A DNA stretch of 63,661 nt, filler included, from Thraustochytrium aureum (lineage: Eukaryota), in assembly GCA_012862495.1 (NCBI GenBank). It is 5 parts of 2 records of this genome, joined end to end, with 100 filler letters (N's around TTAATTAATTAA, not from the genome) between each part and the next. Parts side by side here need not be neighbours in the genome. Positions count along the whole stretch, not along the records: positions 25,221 to 33,339 come from BLSG01000219.1; positions 33,440 to 52,030 come from BLSG01000219.1; 3 more parts are not named here. The stretch is one strand, 5' to 3'. Below are positions 26,152 to 36,657 of the stretch, one piece after another; within the stretch, counting starts at the first letter, position 1, and every line of letters starts with the position of its first letter. The translations under genes were made by a program, and so were the position numbers. Under the pieces are notes generated by a model. That model was not told where the DNA came from. It saw nothing but the letters and a program-made list of their open reading frames with translations, and did not search any database.

Positions 26152-26538
26152 AGATAGCGCATCAAAGACGTGTCTTCCTGCGTGGACCTCCGTGATCCAG
26201 GGAGCTGGCTCGCTCGGCAGAGGCCGAGGTGCAGCCTTGTCGAAGCTTCAGTTTCGGGTGCCGCGCTGTAAATTCCTTGTTTATCATGTCGAGGCATGTC
26301 TGGCCTTGGCTTGGAAGTTTTGACCGCGCAGCAGGCCGGCGTGGCACACGCTGCAGGGGGCTCTGGAGCGACACTTTGGCGAAAGGGCCACGGACGGAGG
26401 GAAACGTATTTGCTGTCGCTGCTGCTGCCGCTGCCGCTGCTGCTGCTGCTGCTGCCGCCGCCGAATCCGTTCTGGCCGCGTTCATCCGCAGCAACTCATT
26501 CTGGAGCCTCTGCACAGGCAGGCGCTGGCGCAGTCGCG

Positions 26539-27459
26539 ATGGCGGCCGAACCTGGGCGACGGCTGCTGCTGATCGTGGCTGTGGTCTTGTGTCAGATGTA
26601 CGCGGCGTTGCGCGCTGTGAACGTTCAGCTGGACGCTTTACCAAACGTGCTGCTCAAGTCCGTGCCGGTGCTGCTGCTCTCGTTCGTTGCGCTGACCGCG
26701 CCACTTGACCCCGACAACGCGGCATCCGCAAAGGGCAAAATATTCACTAACCGCATCGGCGTTGGGCTCGGCCTCAGCGCGATCGGCGATGCTGCGCTGG
26801 AGATCCCCGACGGGTTTCTGGCAGGCCTCGGGTTTTTCTTGTTGGCGCACATCTCCTATAGCGGGGCGTTCGCGATGGACACAAGCCAGGGCGTGCGCCA
26901 GCGACTTGGAGGCACCAGGCTGCTCCTGGGGCGATTCATGATGATGTTCTGGTCATGCAGCGTCGGCCTCTTGTATTCGGCCATGACGCCGCACATTCCG
27001 GAGAAGCTGCGGTGGCCCGTCGCGCTCTACGTATGCGCCATTGCGATCATGGTATACCGCGCTGTGGGCCGCTACGATCCCGTTTGCGGCGCCACCTCGT
27101 ACAATTACTCTCTTGTCGGCGCGGTTGCCTTTGCGGCGAGCGACATGCTTTTGGCGGTAAGTTGGAATGCCTTTCTCCTCGTTGCGCTTCGAGGCGCTGA
27201 CGTCCTACAGTACAACATGTTTGTCGAGCCAATCGAGCTCGCACGGTCCGGTGTCATGGTTTTCTACTACGCTGGCCAGGTCTGCATGGCCACCAGCACT
27301 ATTTTCCCCGCTCCAAGCGCAGGTGCTCTTCCGGCACAAGCGACTTCGTCACGCGCTAAGGCAGCGATCGCAAGCGCGGGGTCAGCAAGCGGCACAGCAG
27401 CAAACGCGGGAGGGGTCACATCCCGCAAGCGGACCGGCAAGGGCAAGCGACGTTCGTGA
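26539..27459 (+). CDS. YhhN/TMEM86 family lysoplasmalogenase-like membrane protein; intron 27157-27210
   Basis: LLKSVPVLLL, LSAIGDAAL, FLAGLGFFLLAHISY, PVALY, FAASDMLLA|YNMF and FYYAGQ. Confidence 0.85.
   Translation: MAAEPGRRLLLIVAVVLCQMYAALRAVNVQLDALPNVLLKSVPVLLLSFVALTAPLDPDNAASAKGKIFTNRIGVGLGLSAIGDAALEIPDGFLAGLGFFLLAHISYSGAFAMDTSQGVRQRLGGTRLLLGRFMMMFWSCSVGLLYSAMTPHIPEKLRWPVALYVCAIAIMVYRAVGRYDPVCGATSYNYSLVGAVAFAASDMLLAVSWNAFLLVALRGADVLQYNMFVEPIELARSGVMVFYYAGQVCMATSTIFPAPSAGALPAQATSSRAKAAIASAGSASGTAANAGGVTSRKRTGKGKRRS
27157..27210 (+). other. Spliceosomal intron, 54 nt, in frame and stop-free
   Basis: GCG|GTAAGT...GCTGAC...CTACAG|TAC; removing it restores the YhhN SDxLLAxNxF motif. Confidence 0.78.
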
Positions 27460-28483
27460 ATGGCATGCGGCGGCGACCTCGCTCGGCCGAGATCGCCGAT
27501 CCGCCAGCCCAGTGCGCGCGGGTTCGTGCATCCTTTCATCTCTCCTAGTCAAAGGGCTGCGCCAAATCAGATCCGCGGCCCGTTCTGGTCCGTCTGCTCG
27601 ATTGCGCGACTCGGGCAGCTCGACAAGATTAGCAAACGAAATGATTTGGGGTCTCCCAGGCTGCGTTGCACTGCCAAGAAGTCGATAGGTACGCCATGTG
27701 GCCTCTTGTTGATCTCAACTCAATCAATCAAAAGAAAAGTGAAAGAAACGCGCTGCCGAACCAATCAGCAGGACAGGCAGCACCAACAGGGACGTCTCGC
27801 TGCGCCACGAAGCCGGCTCGCTGGAGAGGAACAGAGGCCGGCCCCATGAGGACCAGACGCCAAATGCGAATCAAAGGCACTGGTCCAGATGACACAAACA
27901 AAACGTGCCGGATGCCATGCTTGCCGCGTTGACACGAGACGTCCGTGACAAACTTGCTGATGCACGTCCATCTGTACAGAGGCGTACCTCATTCCCCTTG
28001 GATCTTGTGCGCGCCCTTGCAGCTGTAGTAGTACATAGATAGGCCTGGGCCTACTCGGTGTCCACGTGGAGTACTCGTGCAGCGCGTACCGGTAGTAGTA
28101 CCCGAAGTACTCCACCCTGGTAGGTGAGTACTTTCCAAGTCAACTGTTGGCACTTGCGAACTCGAGCAACCCAACTCACCAGACTCGACATTGGCCAAAG
28201 ACACATCGGCACGCAGAGAGCGAACCCGCGAGTCTCGCGGCGCTCCGGGCAGCGCTCCGGGCAGCGCTGCGCTGCAGGCGCTCCAACCCGAAAGGCGTCG
28301 CGGCGGCAGGCGCGGCTGGGCGCGGTCGCAGGGGCGGATCGATCGGGGAAAACCCAACGTCGAGCCTCGCCGCAAGCACGCAAAGGGCGGCTGCTCCCGC
28401 TAGGTTGCAGAGAGTGAGCGCACGCCGGAGTGCGGGCAAGCGCCATTGCACGGCCAGGCCCAGACCGAGGCAAAGGAAGCGAA

Positions 28484-30050
28484 ATGGCCCATGTGGAGGG
28501 CAGCGCGGAGCTGTGGGGCCACAAGGGGCACTTGACCGCAACGGAGCAAACGGCCTTGGACGGGCTGCGGGCAGCCGTTGTCGAGCATGGGCTCGGCGAG
28601 GCATACACGAAGACAAAGTGCCTGCTTCGGTTTCTCCGCGCTCGCAAGTTTGTGGTCAAAAAGGCGCTTCGCATGGCCATCGAGGAGTCGCAGTGGCGCG
28701 ATCAATTCCGAGGCCACGAATTCAAGCTGGCGGACTTTCCGTCGCTGCTGCAATTCAACGACGACGGCGTTGTGCGGTGCGGCGGGCGCGACCGGTCAGG
28801 GCGCCCCGTGATCTACTTGGTCCCAGGCCTGTTTTTCCCCGCTCAGGTGGGCTCGGACGAAGAGCTAGTGCTGTTCTTTGTTTCTTCATGGACTCGTTGC
28901 TAGTCCTGGCTGAGGAAGGCGGGCGCGAAGACTTCACGGTGGTCTGCGACATGTCCGGCTGGTCGTTCAAGAACTTTTCGCTGCCGCTGATCCGCCTCAT
29001 GATTAACATTCTGCAAAACTACTACCCGGAGCGTCTTGGCCGCGTGTTCGTCATTAACACGCCGTACCTGTAAGTTGGCTTTGCGCGCCGCCCTGGCCTC
29101 TGCGCTGCGGCAGGGCTAACGCAGCCGCTCTTGGCGAGCATTTGCTCTGCAGGTTCAAAGCGGCCTGGAGCATGATTTACCCGATTCTCGACGAGCGCAC
29201 GCGCCTCAAGATCCACATCCTCGGCAAGAACAAGGAGGCAATCCTCAAAGACATAGATGCCGACTCGCTCGAGGAGAAGTACGGCGGCAGGCACCCCGAA
29301 TACCCTTTCAGGGACCAAATCGTCTCGCCCCTGTACGAGCGCGAAGAGTTGATCAGCCGCGAGATCGAACAACGCATACTTGCTGGAGTTGAAGGAGGTG
29401 GTGATGCAAGCCTGCAAGCACAGCACGAGTTCAGCCTCTTTCACGATGTCGCCGAGGCGGAGGACGAGGACGAGGGCGAGGATGACGATGCTGAGACGAG
29501 CGCGGGCGTTTCGCTGCGCGCTAGCCCCCCTAGGCGCCAGAAGCGCAGCGCTTTCCGCCGCGGCATGCGCAGGGTCATCCAGGCGCTAAAGTTTGATGGC
29601 CGCGATTCCAGCTTTGCAGAGCCTCTGGACCCGTCCGCAGAGGCGGGGTCACCCACGAGCGCTGGGTCTCCTCGCAGTCGCCGGCCGATAAGCGCAAAGC
29701 TCTCCGCCTCTGTGCTTGGCATGCGGGCGCCCTCCTCGCCACGATCGACGAGGATGGCCACCACGGCATCTGGTACGCTTCCCGCCAGCGACGATTTGAC
29801 GGCCAAGGTGGAAGCGAACGCTTCCGCTTTAGCGCGTCTTGAGGAGCGTCTCGCTGAACAGCGCGCGGCACTGGACGGTTTGCGGGCAGCTCTGGAGGCC
29901 AGCAAAGCCAACGCGCGGCCCGTATCGATTCTACGGGACGTGGGGCGACCGTCGCGTGCGGCGTCGTTCGGCACACTTTATTTCATATTGGCCGCGCTTG
30001 CAGCCTGCCAGGCCTGGTGCATTTGGGCCGTCACTGCCAGCGAAAGCTAG
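28484..30050 (+). CDS. CRAL-TRIO/Sec14 lipid-binding protein with C-terminal coiled coil and TM anchor; frameshift near 28881, intron 29070-29152
   Basis: LLRFLRARKF, GRDRSGRPVIY, DMSGWS, LQNYYPERLG..INTPYL|FKAAW..IYPILDERTRLKI, LEEKYGG and a C-terminal hydrophobic helix. Confidence 0.85.
29070..29152 (+). other. Spliceosomal intron, 83 nt
   Basis: CT|GTAAGT, GCTAAC branch site and TGCAG|G; splicing gives NTPYLFKAAW. Confidence 0.85.
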
Positions 30051-30682
30051 CCAGCCAGCGATCTCCAAAGCCACTGCCAGGCAGAGTTCCGTCCTAGTCT
30101 GGCAAAGCAGACCACGCAGAGAAACCACAAACTTCCCCGAGCGCGCCGTCCTTTGTCTTGCGCCGTCTGTGCCGTTCACGCAGTACCTACCGTCTTGCGC
30201 CTCCTGCGCCGTTCACGCAGTAGAGTACCGTCGCGCCTGCCTCGCACAGTCTGCCAGAGGGCCGGCGCCGAGACGGCCGGCGGCGCTCTTCCTGAGTCAG
30301 GTCCCCTCGAGCTGCAACGCCATGCCAGCAACAAACCCCAAGACACCCGCACCGCCCACTTCGAGTCCTGCCCAGCGACGCCGGCCTCCGCCAGCTGCCG
30401 ACGCGCACGCAGGGGTTCGCCCTGGTGGGTGCTCCGTTGCGCGGCGGCGCTGTTTGGGCGGCGACGATCCTCCGTCGGGATGGCCACGGAAGGGGTTGGC
30501 GTGGCGGTGGTCTTGGGCCTCGCGGCCGCCCTCGGGCTGAGCGGACTCTCGTGCATGAACCGCAGCTCGCTGACGGCGGAGCGTCCAAGTATGGGCAGGC
30601 GTGCGTTGCTGCAGTGCCGTCGTTTCTGGAAGGCGGCGAGGGCGAGGATGATTCTGCGACAGTGTACGCCGTCGGCGCGGCG

Positions 30683-33086
30683 ATGGTCATGGTGTCGATG
30701 GCAACGCTTGTGCCAAGCGGCGCGGTCGCAGCGCTCGGGGCGTGGGAAGGAGCCGCAGGCCGCTCTCCTGAGCTTCCAAAGTTGTACATGAGCCACTTTC
30801 TGTCGGCGTGGGGCGACCGCATGTGGCAGATTGCGACGCCGATGCTCTTCATGGACATTTTCAAGGACACACTGCTGCCGACTTCGCTCTACACGCTAGT
30901 CGTTTACCTGGTCGTGGTGCAGTTCATGCCGTACGTCGGCACTTGGATCGATCTCTCGCCGCGGCTCTCGGTGCAGCAAGTGGCTTGCTCTGTGGAGAAC
31001 GCGTGCATCATCCTGACCACTGTGGTGGTCTGCCTGGGCGTCGCGCTTGACCCGTCCGAAGGCGTAAAGCCCGAGCATCTCAGGGAGGGGCGCACAATCT
31101 TGTGGTTTTCGGCCCTGATTTTCCTCGGCTGTGTCGGAGAGCTCCTGAACGGCGCTTCGACGGTCTCGATTGAAAAGGACTGGGTGGTTGTCCTGGCCNN
31201 NNNNNNNNNNNNNNNNNNNNNNNNNNNNNNNNNNNNNNNNNNNNNNNNNNNNNNNNNNNNNNNNNNNNNNNNNNNNNNNNNNNNNNNNNNNNNNNNNNNN
31301 NNNNNNNNNNNNNNNNNNNNNNNNNNNNNNNNNNNNNNNNNNNNNNNNNNNNNNNNNNNNNNNNNNNNNNNNNNNNNNNNNNNNNNNNNNNNNNNNNNNN
31401 NNNNNNNNNNNNNNNNNNNNNNNNNNNNNNNNNNNNNNNNNNNNNNNNNNNNNNNNNNNNNNNNNNNNNNNNNNNNNNNNNNNNNNNNNNNNNNNNNNNN
31501 NNNNNNNNNNNNNNNNNNNNNNNNNNNNNNNNNNNNNNNNNNNNNNNNNNNNNNNNNNNNNNNNNNNNNNNNNNNNNNNNNNNNNNNNNNNNNNNNNNNN
31601 NNNNNNNNNNNNNNNNNNNNNNNNNNNNNNNNNNNNNNNNNNCGTTTGGAACCTGTTTTCGTTCCCTCTTGAGCTCTTCCTCCTCCGCCAGGTTTACAGG
31701 GCATTCCCGGCGCTCGCGGCAAAGGTACACGAGCATGATGATGGAACCAAGCACGCGCACGACCTTGGGCACCTGCCTCACTTTCACACTGTTCGTGCCA
31801 CGAACCCCAACGAAGAGCCCATTCTCAGCAAGCAGGTCATCTTGTGCCCAGAGACGGCCTTCCGCGCAGAGGCGAACCGCGCCTACAGTGGGGTCCTGCA
31901 CGCGCCGCTCGTTCTCGTTGGCCACAGCGAGGCACACGGGCAGCACGGGCACTCGCACAGTCATCGGCATGTCTCCAGAGTTGCAGGCGATGAGCGCGAT
32001 GACCAGCACGAGACGATTGAACTCCATGGGCTTGGGGGTTCGCACGAGGAGGCCGGTTTCCGAGGCATTGGTGATTCGCATGTAGCCATTGAACTGGAAG
32101 CGCTTGGCTCCGAGGTTGCGCCTGAAGAGCATGGCTCGGAGATTGGTCGCGAAGCGCACGTTGTGAGGCACCAGCATGACGGTGGCATTGAGCACGAAGC
32201 GCACGTTGTGAGACACCAGCATGACGGTGGCATTGAGCACGAGCACGATGCGGGCTCTTTGCAGCACTACCACGTCGCACAGCTGGAAAGCGACGGGTCG
32301 CGTAGCCTTCTAGCCGACGTGATTGTGGCGCAGCCGGTACCTAGCGCGGCACTAACGCACAGTCGGCAGTTTGCCGTGCTCGTCGGGTACCGCGAAGACG
32401 TTCGACGCGGGAGCAGCGTTTGGGGGGCCTTTGGACAGGGCTTGCGCGTGTACCGCCGCGAGACGGTGTTTTGGGCGAGTCTGGCATACACACTCATCTA
32501 CATGACTGTTCTTGACAACGGCGCACTAATGACGAGCTATCTAGAGTGGGCGCAAGTCTCGCCTGTCGTTTTCGGGGTCGGCCGCGGCGTGGGGGCCGTT
32601 TTCGGCCTCCTCGGCACCTTCTTGTTCCCGTTCGTGACGCGCCTGCTGGGCGACTCGGTGGCTGCAACGGGACTCCTGTCGTTGTGGCTGTTCTGGCTGA
32701 CGCTGACGCCCGTTGGCGTTGCGCTTGTGGCTTGGCCCAGCTCGTTGACCGCCGACTATGCCATGGTCGTTTGTGTGGCTCTATCCCGTTGCTGGCTGTG
32801 GCAGTTCGATCTTGCCATCACAGAGCTGTGCCAACGCTACGTCGACGAGGAGAACCGCGGCTTGTTTGGCACTGTGCAGACGGCCTCGTACCAGTTTTTC
32901 TACATCCTGATTCAGGCGGCGGGGATTCTTTCGCCTCGGCCGCAGGACTTTGCGCGCCTTGTGCACGCGTCCCTGTTGATCGTTCTTGGTGCGGCGCTGA
33001 TATACACTTACTGGTACAGAGCCGTGTTTGGCGGCAGAGTCCCGGGGGTCTGCTCGCCGCGGTACGAGACCGTGGCGCCCGCTTAG
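30683..33086 (+). CDS. SLC40A1: Ferroportin (SLC40/IREG) family metal exporter with a very His-rich central loop; spans gap 31199-31641, start uncertain (possibly 30480)
   Basis: LYMSHFLSAWGDRMWQ, GTWID, VSIEKDWVVVLA, YMTVL..GALMTSYL, RGVGAVFGLLGT, SRCWLWQFDLA and PQDF. Confidence 0.88.
32151..32240 (+). repeat. 45-bp coding tandem duplication (EAHVVRHQHDGGIEH x2)
   Basis: 32151-32195 and 32196-32240 differ by one synonymous base. Confidence 0.93.
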
Positions 33087-33339
33087 GCCTCTTCCAAAAG
33101 GCGTGTCAGCGCTGCGCAGCGTGAGACCCTGGGCAGAAGGGAAGGTCTGGGGTGAGCATAGCGAAGCGTTATTTTAAAGTTATATCTCGACATGGTTTGG
33201 GTTCACCGCGACCACAGCCTCCACGTCGCGCGTGACGGGCGACTGCCCAGCTGCCGCCGATGCCTTACGCCTGCGAACTGCGACAAGGGCAACGCCGGCC
33301 GCCGCGAGGACGAGCGCGCCAGAGCCTCCAGCCGCGTAA

Positions 33340-33439
33340 NNNNNNNNNNNNNNNNNNNNNNNNNNNNNNNNNNNNNNNNNNNNTTAATTAATTAANNNNN
33401 NNNNNNNNNNNNNNNNNNNNNNNNNNNNNNNNNNNNNNN
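33340..33439. other. Artificial scaffold linker N44-TTAATTAATTAA-N44
   Basis: Same 100-nt linker. Confidence 0.97.
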
Positions 33440-34937
33440 GCTGCTGTTGCTGCTGTTGCTTGGTCGCGTTGTGGGTCTGCTTGTGGCGGGGCGGCGCGGC
33501 CCGTCGTCTCAATGCATCGCACTGTGCTTGACAAGGCCTACGCCAATGGCGGACCGCGGATAAAATTGGCGCATGCTCAGCGTGGCACGTGTAAGTCACC
33601 TTGCGTACCGTAGAGCAGAGTACTCTGCAGTGTCTTGAGAGTGTAGTTCGTATTTCAAGATCATGATGCGAGTGGACAGTGGTGGGCAGTGAGTGAGTCG
33701 TGCTCGCACGCGACGCAATGAAACGTCGTTAGAACGCGAACCGCAGCTCGATTGCGCTTGCCAGGGGGAAAGGCCGTCGCAAGGTCGGCGCCCCAACTCC
33801 ACTTTTCCACCCGCCCACCTGGCAGGTTGTCCGGGCCATCTATCAATCAGCGAACCCCTCATCGAGCGACATCCCTTCGGTAGAGAAGGGTACTCTACGG
33901 AGTAGGCTAGCTAGAGGTACCTACACTCTCCTTGTGGACTCGCACAGCAGACCTTCGGCATGGAGGAGCGCCGAGTACCTTCTGCACGCGAGATTAGCAG
34001 GCAACATGACCTGTCGACGAAAGCCAGAAGTGCGACGGGCGACGGTTCCTTCCACCTTCAAGTTCACCAAGCTTGGCCTTGCTTGGCGCGCTGCACGCGC
34101 TCCGCGTGCAGCTGCTTGGAACAATGGCTCTCTGGCTTGCAAAGTGCATCTTGCCCGCTCTTTTTGGAAACCATCGTGCAGGTCGAGGACAAATTGTGTG
34201 CCACATCCGCTGGCTTTTCGGGGGATGCGAGACGATCGAGCCGATCGAGCCCGGCGCTCTATCCACCTTAACAAGCTGAACAAGCCATGGACTTTGTCGA
34301 TGAACTGGGGACCGTTTAAGGCGGTCGCGTGCAAAGTCTGGCTTTTTTCCTGCTGTCAGGACGGTTTTGGGAGCTGGTGGGCCTGTTGCAAGCCACGAGG
34401 CCACTCGCGCTGCGCCAGAGCTACTCGAGTAGCAAGCAGCCCAGCGGAGACCGGCGGAGCGGTGGCCTCACTGACTCATCGTGAGTGCAGAGGCGAAACA
34501 AGCACGATCCACGCAAACACCGTTTTCTGGAACTCGCATTGTTGACACTTGGGACACCCGAGCAGCAAGAAGCCGAACGGCACGCGGCACGCGGCAGGAG
34601 ATCGAAGGTACTCAGTACTCTACTGGGTAGGCCTACTCTCGTTCTGTTCTCTAGAGCGAGAGTGCTCGAGCTCGAATAAGTACTCTTTCTAAAGGTTCGC
34701 TGGTGGCGGCGGGCGGAATGCAACGCGAAAGCGCAGCGGGTTGGCAACGGACGCATGCGCCACTCGCGCGACGGTTCGTCGCGAGCACCGCTCCAAAACT
34801 CGTTTGGAGCGCCACGCAATCAAGTGGGTGCCGCGGCCATCGCCCACGCGCGGGCGGCCACCCACACGCCCACTTGTTCAAGAAAATGCTATTTACAAAT
34901 GGCTAAGCTACTCGAAGCGAAGCAACGCTGGACGAGC

Positions 34938-35907
34938 TCATGCGTGAAGGGCGCGTAGCGTCATCTCGTATGTAGTAAAGGTGAACGCAGAGGCCAAGCC
35001 CGCCTTGAGCAGCGTTGGCACCATGCCACGAAACAGGCTGCTGACACCTTCTTCGCGGCACATGGTCTGCACGCAGTCGACAAGACCGGCGTACCGCTCG
35101 CGCGTTTGGCCCCCAGCCAAAAGTCGGTTCACCTGCAGGCGCTTCTTCGCCGTGTCCAGTGGGTGGACGAGCGCCTTGGAAAGCACGCCGGCCGAGCCAC
35201 CAACCACTAGGTTCTCGAGTGGAGCCAGGCGACCGGGATCTGCGCGCGCGCTACGAACTCTGCCAACCGCAAGCCGCTTCAGCACGTCGTAGAAGAAAAA
35301 GCTCAGCGCCATCCCCGGCACGACCTGCGCCACCGCAGGGACAAACCCACGGTAAAAACCCCGCCAAAACCTTCCTCCTGCGCCAAACACCTGACGTGCT
35401 GCACGAGGGTGGCGTCTCGCGGCAGCCCTTGGAATACCCACTGCGTGCGCACCGTGTCCAGAGGGTAAGAGATCACTGTTGCTGCGAAAGCCCGGCCGCG
35501 CCAGAGGCGAAACTCGTCAACCCAGACCCCAGCCCTGCGTCTTCGCATGCGCGCCGCGTCGTGCCATACACCGGGAACTGGATGCTCGAGTAGACAAACC
35601 AGAGCCCGAGAGAGGGCAAGGTGCCCTTCCAAAGCCCGCGCACGCCATCCTCCGCAATGATAGACCGAAAACCACGCCACACGCCGCGATACCTGCCCTT
35701 GTCCAGCCGCGAAAGGGGGATGTCGAGCTGCTGCCTGATCTTCAGCACGTCCAGGGGCGCCACTGCAAGCCTTGATGCGAGGCCGGACGCTCCGCCAGCA
35801 AGTGTCTCCAGCCCAGTTTCGCGCAGCCAGCGGCGCTTTCTTCGCTGCCCGGCCCCGCCGCGCTCCGCCTCAGCCCGCTCCGGAGTCGCTGCGAGCGCAA
35901 CGGCCAT
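34938..35907 (-). CDS. Mitochondrial carrier (SLC25), thiamine-pyrophosphate-carrier-like; frameshifts near 35491 and 35365
   Basis: Three Px[DE]xx[KR] signatures (APLDVLKIRQQ, YPLDTVRTQ, HPLDTAKKRLQ), plus EDGVRGLWKG and EEGVSSLFRG. Confidence 0.85.
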
Positions 35908-36657
35908 CGCAGGGGTCTGCAGAGACCTCGGGCCCTCGCAGCGATAGCCGTCNNNNNNNNNNNNNNNNNNNNNNNNNNNNNNNNNNNNNNNNNNNNNNNN
36001 NNNNNNNNNNNNNNNNNNNNNNNNNNNNNNNNNNNNNNNNNNNNNNNNNNNNNNNNNNNNNNNNNNNNNNNNNNNNNNNNNNNNNNNNNNNNNNNNNNNN
36101 NNNNNNNNNNNNNNNNNNNNNNNNNNNNNNNNNNNNNNNNNNNNNNNNNNNNNNNNNNNNNNNNNNNNNNNNNNNNNNNNNNNNNNNNNNNNNNNNNNNN
36201 NNNNNNNNNNNNNNNNNNNNNNNNNNNNNNNNNNNNNNNNNNNNNNNNNNNNNNNNNNNNNNNNNNNNNNNNNNNNNNNNNNNNNNNNNNNNNNNNNNNN
36301 NNNNNNNNNNNNNNNNNNNNNNNNNNNNNNNNNNNNNNNNNNNNNNNNNNNNNNNNNNNNNNNNNNNNNNNNNNNNNNNNNNNNNNNNNNNNNNNNNNNN
36401 NNNNNNNNNNNNNNNNNNNNNNNNNNNNNNNNNNNNNNNNNNNNNNNNNNNNNNNNNNNNNNNNNNNNNNNNNNNNNNNNNNNNNNNNNNNNNNNNNNNN
36501 NNNNNNNNNNNNNNNNNNNNNNNNNNNNNNNNNNNNNNNNNNNNNNNNNNNNNNNNNNNNNNNNNNNNNNNNNNNNNNNNNNNNNNNNNNNNNNNNNTGG
36601 GACGGCGAGGCTGTGCAGAGACGGCAACGAGGCGCTTGCTGGGGTGCGGCCGGCCGG

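Noticed and set aside
24240..33440. Functional gene clusters spanning linkers (e.g. GPCR with the upstream genes, USP with ABC1)
   Set aside because: Adjacency across linkers is arbitrary scaffold concatenation.
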